26,606 nucleotides of DNA from a virus. Location: the IMG/VR virus record IMGVR_UViG_3300035208_006812. One strand, 5' to 3'. Positions 8,808-16,377 of the stretch are shown here, piece by piece; the first letter of the stretch is position 1, and each line of letters opens with the position of its first letter. The notes under the pieces were generated by a model, which worked only from the letters and a program-made list of their open reading frames with translations, made no database searches and was not told where the DNA came from. The translations under genes were made by a program, and so were the position numbers.

Positions 8808-9263
8808 ATGAGTTACAAATGCACAGACAGACTTAACGCGGACGAGAACGGAAATATCACATGGAAAAATCAAGATAAGGTTTTTCTTTCTAAAAATCTT
8901 GCATACCGAGACCAATTTGTTAAAAAAATAGTATCGGGTGCTACAAAATCCAAAACGAATAAAAAAACTTACATTGACCGGGAAGGCCGGCCATTTGTAC
9001 TTAAAATGACTAATGATTACATCAGGCAAAACCCGACTACTTTTAAGAAGGGTAATTTCTTCCTGTATAGGGACCAGCATAAAAAGCTCAAAACCGAGAA
9101 AGGCTATTATGTGTTCATAGTCTTTAAAACACCTTCCGGATATGACCAGATGAAAATTGATTCAGATGCTTTCTTTGTTCGTGAGCACATGGAATGTATA
9201 TGTTGGCAGAGTGTTCAACACCTGGCCGAGGAAAGAGGCACTGTGGAGGCGTTCGAGGAATGA
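8808..9263 (+). CDS. Hypothetical protein, possible PD-(D/E)XK-like fold
   Basis: RBS GGTGAGG. D-REGRPFVLK...GNFFLYRDQHKKL...GYYVFIV resembles archaeal PD-(D/E)XK-like proteins; the CDS is solid, the function weak. Confidence 0.55.
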   Translation: MSYKCTDRLNADENGNITWKNQDKVFLSKNLAYRDQFVKKIVSGATKSKTNKKTYIDREGRPFVLKMTNDYIRQNPTTFKKGNFFLYRDQHKKLKTEKGYYVFIVFKTPSGYDQMKIDSDAFFVREHMECICWQSVQHLAEERGTVEAFEE

Positions 9264-9751
9264 GTAAGAACACTAATAACGGCCATATAAAGTCTAATTA
9301 CTACAGGAACTTATATAACACAACTGCAAAAGAAACAGGGTTATATCAAGTTGAACTTAGCGAGATCTTACTCAACGATCTCGTTTTTAAAGCTAATTAT
9401 TCATTAGATAACTTGATTCCCGAGTTCAAAAAAATATATACCCATGTTCAGGACCCGGTTAATAAACAAAAGCTTGAGCAATACGCGGAGGCAGATAAAA
9501 CCGTTAATATTGCTATCCGGGTTTCCTCACTTAGTTTAGTAAGATACATTGCCAGCAAAGCAAACGTGACTCATGAAAGTGTTATCATTTCCTTATTAGG
9601 TGAGAACATTATAAACTGTGATGACTTCGATACTCACCTATGGAACATTTTAGACTACTATTATTATATGTACACTTTGAAAAAATGGCAGTACATAGAA
9701 TTCCTAACTAAGATACCAGGCTACAGCGAATATAGGAGTAACAGGAGATGA
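9260..9751 (+). CDS. Putative ribbon-helix-helix DNA-binding protein, 163 aa
   Basis: Start moved to the ATG at 9260 (ATGA overlap). KTVNIAIRVSSLSLVRYIASKANVTHESVIISLL fits the RHH pattern. Confidence 0.55.
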   Translation: MSKNTNNGHIKSNYYRNLYNTTAKETGLYQVELSEILLNDLVFKANYSLDNLIPEFKKIYTHVQDPVNKQKLEQYAEADKTVNIAIRVSSLSLVRYIASKANVTHESVIISLLGENIINCDDFDTHLWNILDYYYYMYTLKKWQYIEFLTKIPGYSEYRSNRR

Positions 9752-9753
9752 TA

Positions 9754-9781
9754 AACTATATATAATAGTATGATTAATTAG
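9754..9781 (+). promoter_or_regulatory. Conserved viral promoter, copy 1 (TATA box plus downstream ATGATTAA element)
   Basis: AACTATATATA-ATA-GTATGATTAATTAG; 25/28 identical to 20034-20061 on the minus strand. Confidence 0.8.
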
Positions 9782-9799
9782 TATATGGTGATAAAACAA

Positions 9800-10111
9800 A
9801 TGGCTGAACTTAACTTAGGAACACTTGACCGGATGTATGGATTAAAACCTTTCCAGGGTTTTTTTGTAAAGTATAGAAATCAACCCTATAAAGGTACTCT
9901 CCATTATTATAATGAGACTGAGAAAACGGCTTTGGTATCATTCCAGGAAAGAAACGGAGAATGGGGAAATCCTGAGGAATGCGATATTTCAGACCTTTAC
10001 CTATGGACTGAAGGTAAAACGCAAGTTAGAGTAATAACTCCATGCATAACCCTCTTTCAATGCTGGAAAAGTTTTAAGTGTTTTGACTGTCCGTACAAGG
10101 ACGACAACTAA
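9800..10111 (+). CDS. Hypothetical protein with SH3-like N-terminus and C-terminal Cys cluster, 103 aa
   Basis: RBS GGTGA at 9787-9791 favours the ATG at 9800; C-terminal C-x5-C-x5-C-x2-C. Confidence 0.65.
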   Translation: MAELNLGTLDRMYGLKPFQGFFVKYRNQPYKGTLHYYNETEKTALVSFQERNGEWGNPEECDISDLYLWTEGKTQVRVITPCITLFQCWKSFKCFDCPYKDDN

Positions 10112-10173
10112 TTTATTTTTTTACAAATATGATATAATATAAGTGTAATATGTTATAACGGAGGTTTTTATAA

Positions 10174-10434
10174 ATGTCGTGTAATACAAAAGTAAACAGA
10201 TTGCCTAGATTCAAAAGGCTGTATCCAAATGTATATTCGTATCGCGCAGAGCTGTTATATGGTAAGAGGTTCCAGCAAAAACTAAGAACCTCCAAAACAT
10301 TTAACCAGGTAAAAAGCACATTTGAGGAAGTAAACCCGGATTATTTCAACCGGCAGGACAGTATCATAATTACATATGGGACCCGTGCAGGCGGGACCCA
10401 GAAACTTAGAACCAGAAAAGCAGGAGTGATTTAA
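10174..10434 (+). CDS. Hypothetical basic protein, 86 aa
   Basis: RBS GGAGG; preceded by a T-tract (10112-10122) and an AT-rich promoter-like stretch. Confidence 0.65.
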   Translation: MSCNTKVNRLPRFKRLYPNVYSYRAELLYGKRFQQKLRTSKTFNQVKSTFEEVNPDYFNRQDSIIITYGTRAGGTQKLRTRKAGVI

Positions 10435-10435
10435 G

Positions 10436-10537
10436 ATGGAACAGGTCAATTATTCAACCCCTATAAGTAACTATGAGGAACAGCTCGAAGAAAAAGGTTT
10501 TGTAGTAGTCGAATTTGAGTACAATGGAGGTTACTAA
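10436..10537 (+). CDS. Small acidic protein, 33 aa (not in ORF track)
   Basis: MEQVNYSTPISNYEEQLEEKGFVVVEFEYNGGY; RBS GGAGTGA; exactly fills the gap between neighbours with 1-nt spacing on each side. Confidence 0.6.
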   Translation: MEQVNYSTPISNYEEQLEEKGFVVVEFEYNGGY

Positions 10538-10538
10538 A

Positions 10539-11129
10539 ATGATTAATGCCGGAACATATCGTTTAAACAGAAGGACAGGAAACAGTTTCTTTTTCAGAGA
10601 CTTCTCTTTTTTGGAGTCTGATATCCAGGGATTTGCCGTTACTTACCTTCCAGATGGTGTAACCCTTCTTCATGGAGATATGGGTTACCTTGTATGGAAA
10701 CGAAATGTTAACGGGTATGATTATGGATTCCCAAGCACAGACACATCTATAAGCTATTTTGCGGAGAAGGTCCAGAACTCCGGGTTAGATGATAAAGTCT
10801 ATGTCTGGAACGCTGAAGACGCTATACAAGAGCTCAGGACCACCTTTAAAGAGAACTATGAGCCCGAGGAGCTGGAAGAACTCGAAAGCCTGATAGATTC
10901 CCAATGTTGGGCAGATGTGCCGCCAGAGGTAGGAAGGTACCAGATGTTCCAGGACTTAGAGGAGAGGTTCCCGGATCTTGAAGACTGGTTTGAAACTGAC
11001 TTTGGGACATCTATAAGCCCATTCTTTAAGTATAGATTCGAGATGTTGGTATCTGTTTCTGGAATCATACTTAATACTGTGAAAAACTGGCCACGAGTTC
11101 CGACTTATACCCACCCGAGGCGCGGATAA
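10539..11129 (+). CDS. Hypothetical acidic protein, 196 aa
   Basis: RBS GGAGGT supports the ATG at 10539. VTYLPDGVTLLHGDMG...SYFAEKV resembles uncharacterised phage proteins; C-terminal half is very Asp/Glu-rich. Confidence 0.7.
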   Translation: MINAGTYRLNRRTGNSFFFRDFSFLESDIQGFAVTYLPDGVTLLHGDMGYLVWKRNVNGYDYGFPSTDTSISYFAEKVQNSGLDDKVYVWNAEDAIQELRTTFKENYEPEELEELESLIDSQCWADVPPEVGRYQMFQDLEERFPDLEDWFETDFGTSISPFFKYRFEMLVSVSGIILNTVKNWPRVPTYTHPRRG

Positions 11130-11269
11130 TGGCTTATACATTATGCCAGGACTGTAAATATAAAAACCGTCCATCTCCTTTTTGTTGGTTTTGGATGCGT
11201 ACAATAAAAAACCCGGTTTATGTATGTGAGCACAGGGTGACAGAAACTAGGAATGGGCTGATAAGGTGA
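11129..11269 (+). CDS. Small putative zinc-finger protein, 46 aa (not in ORF track)
   Basis: MAYTLCQDCKYKNRPSPFCWFWMRTIKNPVYVCEHRVTETRNGLIR; TAATG overlap; its stop is part of the GGTGAGG RBS of the next gene. Confidence 0.65.
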   Translation: MAYTLCQDCKYKNRPSPFCWFWMRTIKNPVYVCEHRVTETRNGLIR

Positions 11270-11273
11270 GGTT

Positions 11274-11513
11274 ATGATCAGGGTTATAAGGGGGCTGTCT
11301 GCCCATTTCGAAGGGCAGGTATTCAAGCGTGAAACGGAATGCTGTTATAAGTTTGTATTGATCGGGAAAAAGGACCAAGAAGCTGAATGGATAGACATTT
11401 CATGGCATTATACTATTAGTCTCGCCCGGGCTTCTATGCAGAGATGGGAGAAACTTTATCCTCTCTGCCGGGTCATTCCTGTAACATCTAACGAGTACAT
11501 CAGGAGGACGTAA
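11274..11513 (+). CDS. Hypothetical protein, 79 aa
   Basis: RBS GGTGAGG; operon packing. Confidence 0.65.
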   Translation: MIRVIRGLSAHFEGQVFKRETECCYKFVLIGKKDQEAEWIDISWHYTISLARASMQRWEKLYPLCRVIPVTSNEYIRRT

Positions 11514-11516
11514 ATT

Positions 11517-11759
11517 ATGGATTCAACGGAGGACATACGGGAATCACTTTTAAAATTGGATTTAGAAAAGCTCGAGACAGTAGAGCTGTTCAAGCTGCGA
11601 GAAGTCTTAAACCAGTTTTTCGCCGACGAGGCAGATTACTGGTATAATTACATGGCCGACGGTGAAAAACTCGAAGGCAGAGCACATTATATTTGTGCTC
11701 TTTTATTATGCAAGTATATTGAAGACATTCATAAAATACTACTATCACGGGCGATATAA
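11517..11759 (+). CDS. Hypothetical helical protein, 80 aa
   Basis: RBS GGAGG; TAATG overlap with the next gene. Confidence 0.65.
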   Translation: MDSTEDIRESLLKLDLEKLETVELFKLREVLNQFFADEADYWYNYMADGEKLEGRAHYICALLLCKYIEDIHKILLSRAI

Positions 11760-12256
11760 TGGCTAAAAAAGGCGGGGCTAGCGTTTACATCGATCTTCAA
11801 TTAAAGCAAATGGTTGACGTAATCGCGCCAATAATGGGAACCAGTTTATCGGAGTTAATAAACTCTAAAATGGAAGAGTATCTTTCAGAAAACTCCCCAC
11901 TTGAAATTATAGACATGCAGATTCTTAAATTAGAGTCTGAACTTGCAGAGCTCCGCCTCGAACGCGAAAAGGTAGCAGGAGCCTTAAAAATACACGAAGT
12001 TATATCTAAGCATGACCAGGAAAGCCGAGCTAATAAAGAGAAGGCCGAGCGTGAAATACTCAAATTCAGAGAGGAAAAACTAAGCGACCCGGAGGCCATC
12101 AGGAGCTTAACTTACCAGGTAAAGCACAAAACGATTGATTGGAACGTCATAAAGACCAACATGTCTTTTGATACCGCCATAGATGCAAGAGAGGCGGTAT
12201 TAACTTATTTATTAGACATTGGTAAAATTACATCAGATGAATGTAGAAGCGTGTGA
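11759..12256 (+). CDS. Ribbon-helix-helix regulator with coiled coil
   Basis: ASVYIDLQLKQMVDVIAPIMGTSLSELINSKMEEYL is an RHH pattern, followed by heptads ILKLESELAELRLEREKV. Confidence 0.75.
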   Translation: MAKKGGASVYIDLQLKQMVDVIAPIMGTSLSELINSKMEEYLSENSPLEIIDMQILKLESELAELRLEREKVAGALKIHEVISKHDQESRANKEKAEREILKFREEKLSDPEAIRSLTYQVKHKTIDWNVIKTNMSFDTAIDAREAVLTYLLDIGKITSDECRSV

Positions 12257-12262
12257 TATCGT

Positions 12263-12310
12263 TTTCCAGTGGAAACTAAGCTATTTATATACTAAAAGTT
12301 CCAGTGGAAA
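12263..12310 (+). promoter_or_regulatory. Promoter with TATA box flanked by two palindromic operators
   Basis: TTTCCA-G-TGGAAA (12263-12275), TTTATATA (12284-12291), TTCCA-G-TGGAAA (12299-12310). Confidence 0.8.
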
Positions 12311-12353
12311 TGGGAAATGACAAGCGGCAGAACTTATAAAAGGTTTAGTGTAG

Positions 12354-13133
12354 GTGGATGAAATGATAAATCGGCAACCGTTGAGCGAACAGTTAAGATT
12401 GGACCCAGGGAGGGCACGGTTTCTAATGGAGCCTATTTTCGATCCTCGGGTAATACAGACAGATCCAGAGCTTAGAAGATTTCTGCAATATCTTAGAACA
12501 GACATTCCTACATTTCCAGGACCGAGAGTAGAGTACATAAAACATGATATCAATTATCTTGTTAAAGTTTCTAAGATGGTATTATTAGAATGTGCTCTTA
12601 TACTCGAGAATGAAGACTACGATGTAAAAGCTTTGATTCCTGATATTGGCAGTACGTTGTTTTTATACAGCCGAACATTACCGGGTATTGATGAGATATT
12701 CGAGCCGGGGACCTTTAGACCGGTATGCAGTCTATTTGATTATATAGTATCCTTTGCTATTGAAACTAAAGTAATCCACATGAATTCTGATATGGTGCCT
12801 AGAATCACTGATAGAGGTTTACAGGTCTTATCTATGGAATGCCATGAATATTATCCTCTTGAAAAGGATTATAAGTTTCATCCTGAAGCTGTAGTCGAGT
12901 TTCTAAACATGGTTCTAAGCATGAATCCTGATGAGCTCATGCTATACTTTATAACAGACTATCCGGATTTAATCAGATCTAGCCTTCATAGACATATAGT
13001 TGAGAAAAAGAGGCGCAGTATTGCAGCATCGGTTTATAAGAAGGAAATCGTATCTTTAGAGAAGGGCGCAGAAATGGCCGGAGAATGTATTGAGACTTTC
13101 TTACAGTACATTCAAGCACAAAGCTATTTATAA
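12354..13133 (+). CDS. DNA-binding protein with C-terminal UPF0175-like HTH, 259 aa
   Basis: C-terminal IAASVYKKEIVSLEKGAEMAGECIETFLQYI resembles UPF0175; the start may be the ATG at 12363; has its own operator-flanked promoter. Confidence 0.65.
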   Translation: MDEMINRQPLSEQLRLDPGRARFLMEPIFDPRVIQTDPELRRFLQYLRTDIPTFPGPRVEYIKHDINYLVKVSKMVLLECALILENEDYDVKALIPDIGSTLFLYSRTLPGIDEIFEPGTFRPVCSLFDYIVSFAIETKVIHMNSDMVPRITDRGLQVLSMECHEYYPLEKDYKFHPEAVVEFLNMVLSMNPDELMLYFITDYPDLIRSSLHRHIVEKKRRSIAASVYKKEIVSLEKGAEMAGECIETFLQYIQAQSYL

Positions 13134-13223
13134 GAATAAGTAACTTGTTGATATTGTACTCAGTCCTTTAAAGACGGTCTGCCGTTACCGTCGTGTCTGA
13201 CATATAAACCTGTATACCTCCGG

Positions 13224-13271
13224 ACTTATTGAGTTTGTTTATCACCTTTCAAGCTCAATAAGTATTTTTTT
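13224..13271 (+). terminator. Hairpin plus T-tract (terminator or small RNA)
   Basis: 14-bp stem ACTTATTGAGTTTG (13224-13237)/CAAGCTCAATAAGT (13250-13263) with one G-U pair, 12-nt loop, then T7 (13265-13271). Confidence 0.7.
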
Positions 13272-13325
13272 CACATCCTTTTTTAACAGCGTTAACAAAT
13301 ATTATTTATACCATAGTGTCTTTTT

Positions 13326-13401
13326 AAGAGTGTACAAGAATCGTGTTGTTAACTCCTCTTTAGCCTGTCTGGTTATACCTTTCCAGACAGGCTTTTTTTT
13401 T
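13326..13401 (+). ncRNA. Putative small RNA (two hairpins ending in oligo-U)
   Basis: TTTATA at 13305-13310 upstream; imperfect 5' hairpin; perfect 11-bp stem AGCCTGTCTGG (13362-13372)/CCAGACAGGCT (13383-13393) then a T-run to 13401; no ORF terminates here. Confidence 0.5.
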
Positions 13402-13451
13402 GACTTTAGGACGAGATACAAAGATTTATATGTGTGACATATAATATACAT

Positions 13452-13589
13452 AGTAAGGGGTTTTGGCCGGCTAACCGTCTATGAGTTATGCCGGTATAGC
13501 TGAGGCTATATTTTACATACTCACTGACTAACAAGGAAGTGAGTTATAAAGCGTTCTTGAATTATTTAAATAGTTTTCGTCTCTTTTTT
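13452..13589 (+). ncRNA. Putative structured small RNA (three hairpins)
   Basis: TTTATAT at 13425-13431; stems CCGGCTAAC/GTTA(T)GCCGG (13467-13494), TATAGC/GCTATA (13495-13510) and ACTCACT/AGTGAGT (13519-13544); T-tract near 13584-13589. Confidence 0.4.
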
Positions 13590-13603
13590 ATACTCTCTAA
13601 ACT

Positions 13604-13701
13604 TATAATATATTACAACTATAATATATTGCAACACATCATTACATCTTGATATAATAAACCGTTATCAGTAGACAATATACTATATTAATATATTACA
13701 A
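13604..13701. repeat. AT-rich direct repeats (iteron-like)
   Basis: Tandem 16-mers TATAATATATTACAAC (13604-13619) and TATAATATATTGCAAC (13620-13635); third partial copy TAATATATTACAA (13689-13701). Confidence 0.7.
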
Positions 13702-13770
13702 GTTAGATGATATATTAGTTATATATTATAGTAAAGACTAACATAGTTAGTACGTTTTACAAAATACAGC

Positions 13771-13969
13771 TCCACTGGAAGCCAGGTGGGGGGTCTAAAA
13801 TAGTAACTATCTTATTGATACTATGTCTCTCGAAGCTTATTAAGAAACGTATAGCAAAGAAAAAACAGTCCATTGGAAACGGAGGTTTAAACGGTGATAA
13901 TCCCGATAAAAGCAAATAATACAATAGTATATGTAAAAACAAGGATGTTTATAACCTATTTCCAATGGA
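13771..13969. promoter_or_regulatory. Three further TCCA-N-TGGA palindromic sites upstream of terS
   Basis: TCCACTGGAA (13771-13780), TCCATTGGAAA (13869-13879), TTTCCAATGGA (13959-13969). Confidence 0.65.
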
Positions 13970-14034
13970 GAAAAACAAGCAAACATATAATAATCTATTG
14001 ATGTATTAACATTTTTAATAGGTTCGGTGGTTAC

Positions 14035-14571
14035 ATGGGTAAAATATTAACTACGAATATGCGCCGAAAAATGGAAAAGGAAGCAAGAAGAAGAGAAGCA
14101 GTTAGGCTATATTTCGACGAAAATAAAAATCAAAAAGAAATAGCTCTGGAATTGGGTATATCAGTACCTACAGTTTCAGTATATCTTAAACAGACCCGCG
14201 AAGCATGGGCAGAAAGGGCAAACGTTACAATCAATGACCATGTTAACCGGGAGCTAGCAAATATTGAAAAGCAGGAAGCTAATATATATCAATGGCTAGA
14301 CTTCTTTAAGCTGGACCCGGACGACCCACAACAAACATCCAGAAACTCACCCGAGGCGAGGAAATGGCTTGAGTTATGGATCAAGTTAGCAGCCAGAAAG
14401 GCCGCGTTATTAGGATTAGATAAGGCTAAAAAGTTCGAAGTTGAATCCGGGCAACCTGTAATAATAAACCTGCTTCCTGTAGATGGAAGCCAGGACGACA
14501 GGCCGGAAATAATAGAGGGTAAATTTACGGAAGTAGACGAAGAAACAGAAGGGGACGAAGAGGACTATTAA
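14035..14571 (+). CDS. terS: Terminase small subunit
   Basis: N-terminal HTH (NQKEIALELGISVPTVSVYL), C-terminal ARKAALLGLD and acidic tail; TAATG overlap with terL. Confidence 0.8.
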   Translation: MGKILTTNMRRKMEKEARRREAVRLYFDENKNQKEIALELGISVPTVSVYLKQTREAWAERANVTINDHVNRELANIEKQEANIYQWLDFFKLDPDDPQQTSRNSPEARKWLELWIKLAARKAALLGLDKAKKFEVESGQPVIINLLPVDGSQDDRPEIIEGKFTEVDEETEGDEEDY

Positions 14572-15896
14572 TGAATAGTGAGCTTGAAAGTTTCAAAGGT
14601 GGATTGCCAGGGCACAGGTATATTCAAAGGAATACTTGTTTCTGGAAACACTTTGAAAAACCACAAAAAACAAAAATATTTTACGGTGGGGCGGGCTCCG
14701 GTAAGTCCCTTTCAATAGCTCAATATTTTTTAATGAAACTGTGCTCAAACGATGGCCGAAGAAGGGCAATATTAAGAAAGACATTTCCCTCAATGGCTAC
14801 TACTACATATTTAGTCTTGAAAGATATATTGACTGATTGGGGAGTTCCTTATAAGGAAAATAAAACAAAGCATTTTTTCGAAGTAGGCAGGAATAGACTT
14901 TATTACCTATCCCTTGACAATCCGGAGAAAATAAAGGGCGGCGAGTTCGAAGACATATGGTTAGAAGAAAGCACGGAATTTACAAAAGATGATTATCTTC
15001 AGCTTAACATCAGGCTATCCAGGGACCGCCTAAGCGAAAATGTACATTTGTTTATGTCCTTTAACCCCATAGATGCTAATCATTGGTGTGTGAAGCTTGT
15101 CGAAGAGGCATTAAACGATAGGAAAAACTTTCTGGTAATGCATTCGACTTATCATGATAATATCAAATTCCTGAGTAATACATTCATAAGAAGTCTTGAA
15201 AAGCTCATCAATACCGATGATAATTATTATAGGATTTATTGTTTAGGCGAGCCAGGTATTCTTAAAAATATCATATACTCAAATTATATAATTGAAAATC
15301 CTGTAGAATGGCCGGATTATATCTATTCGGCTCCTACAGCTTATGGTCTTGACTTCGGGTTTAACCATCCTACGGTATTATCTCAGATCTATATGTTTGA
15401 TGGGGTCCCTTACATTATTGAAAAGTACTGTAGGGAGCAGAAAACAACCGAGGACCTTTATATTTGGATGAATGAAAATGAAATTTCACATACTTCCGAA
15501 ATATGGGCAGATTCGGCCAGACCGGACCAGATAGAATATCTATGTGAAAGTAGGGAAATTGGAGGAATTCAATATCAGGGCTTCAATGTTCTGCCAGCCA
15601 AAAAAGATGTAATAGCAGGCATTGACTCGGTAAAGTCTCGGAGGCTCCATATATCGTCAGAGTCTCCTAGGATCATATCCGAAATAAAGGGCTATAAATA
15701 CCGCGAAAATAAAGATGGTGTGGTCCTCGAGGAGCCAGTAAAGTTTAAGGACGATGCAATGGACAGTATTAGATATTGTATCTTTTCTGCCGATTGGATA
15801 GAGGGCGATATAATTACAGAAAACCGTCCAAAAATGAAAAATTCACCTTCAGATGTTTACCAAATCGATAGCGGGAAAGGCGTTTACCAAATGTAA
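14571..15896 (+). CDS. terL: Terminase large subunit (PBSX-like family)
   Basis: Walker A GGAGSGKS, Walker B IWLEESTE, SFNP coupling motif, nuclease motifs GLDFGFNHP, WADSARP and DDAMDSIRY. Confidence 0.95.
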   Translation: MNSELESFKGGLPGHRYIQRNTCFWKHFEKPQKTKIFYGGAGSGKSLSIAQYFLMKLCSNDGRRRAILRKTFPSMATTTYLVLKDILTDWGVPYKENKTKHFFEVGRNRLYYLSLDNPEKIKGGEFEDIWLEESTEFTKDDYLQLNIRLSRDRLSENVHLFMSFNPIDANHWCVKLVEEALNDRKNFLVMHSTYHDNIKFLSNTFIRSLEKLINTDDNYYRIYCLGEPGILKNIIYSNYIIENPVEWPDYIYSAPTAYGLDFGFNHPTVLSQIYMFDGVPYIIEKYCREQKTTEDLYIWMNENEISHTSEIWADSARPDQIEYLCESREIGGIQYQGFNVLPAKKDVIAGIDSVKSRRLHISSESPRIISEIKGYKYRENKDGVVLEEPVKFKDDAMDSIRYCIFSADWIEGDIITENRPKMKNSPSDVYQIDSGKGVYQM

Positions 15897-15944
15897 CAAA
15901 TATATACTATGAAGTCATATTATTAATAGTAAGGATGTGAACTT

Positions 15945-16250
15945 ATGGAAGTAAAATTAACCGAGCAGAGTATTATAAATATCATATCTATGGCGGGCTT
16001 TATAGCGTGTGTTATCGCCTTTATTATAAAGGGGTCTCTAACTCCGGAGTATGTGTTACCCTTGTTCCTGACCTATGTATTACCGTCGCCAATAAGTGAC
16101 AGGATGAAGAACACAAAGATATCAAAAAACACATCAGAAGCCTCTACAGCTTCAGGAGTTAACCAGGTAACAACCAACAATAATGAAGTTGAAATCGAAA
16201 GCGGAGTAATTGAAATTACCGACGGCTCTTTTGAGGGAAAGGCAGAATAA
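15945..16250 (+). CDS. Small membrane protein with two N-terminal hydrophobic segments, holin-like topology
   Basis: IINIISMAGFIACVIAFII and YVLPLFLTYVLP followed by a hydrophilic tail; own TATA-like box near 15899-15907. Confidence 0.55.
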   Translation: MEVKLTEQSIINIISMAGFIACVIAFIIKGSLTPEYVLPLFLTYVLPSPISDRMKNTKISKNTSEASTASGVNQVTTNNNEVEIESGVIEITDGSFEGKAE

Positions 16251-16350
16251 CCGCTCTTTCCCGACTAACCCAAAAAGGTAAAATGTCAGCTGTGCATATG
16301 CACCTATTTTATCACAAAACGGACATCTATTTTATTAGATTCGCTCTTAT

Positions 16351-16377
16351 TATAGGGGTAAAGCGTAAACCCCTATA
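16351..16377 (+). promoter_or_regulatory. 9-bp inverted repeat covering the portal translation start
   Basis: TATAGGGGT (16351-16359)/ACCCCTATA (16369-16377); the last base is the A of the portal ATG. Confidence 0.7.

Noticed and set aside
13168-13203. 11-aa minus-strand peptide MSDTTVTADRL with a GGAGG upstream
   Set aside because: RBS spacing is long (13 nt), it has no operon context, and it is too short to distinguish from chance.
13757-13942. 61-aa minus-strand ORF from the track
   Set aside because: No RBS or operon context; composition reflects the complement of A-rich intergenic DNA.
13936-13946. AAAACAAGGAT, matching part of a Methanosarcina CRISPR repeat as I recall it (possible solitary repeat / RNA anti-CRISPR)
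   Set aside because: Only 11 nt match, with no adjacent stem partner and no 3' GAAAC end; compatible with chance in A-rich DNA.
13134-14034. CRISPR or mini-CRISPR array in the long intergenic region
   Set aside because: No 25-40 bp repeat recurs with regular unique spacers; the TCCA-N-TGGA sites are only 9-13 bp and about 95 bp apart.
14571-15896. Intein or intron in terL (also portal and capsid)
   Set aside because: Lengths are normal and uninterrupted; no intein terminal motifs or homing-endonuclease motifs seen.
16250-16330. CPFC motif on the minus strand between the membrane gene and portal
   Set aside because: The frame has stop codons immediately upstream and no start codon.
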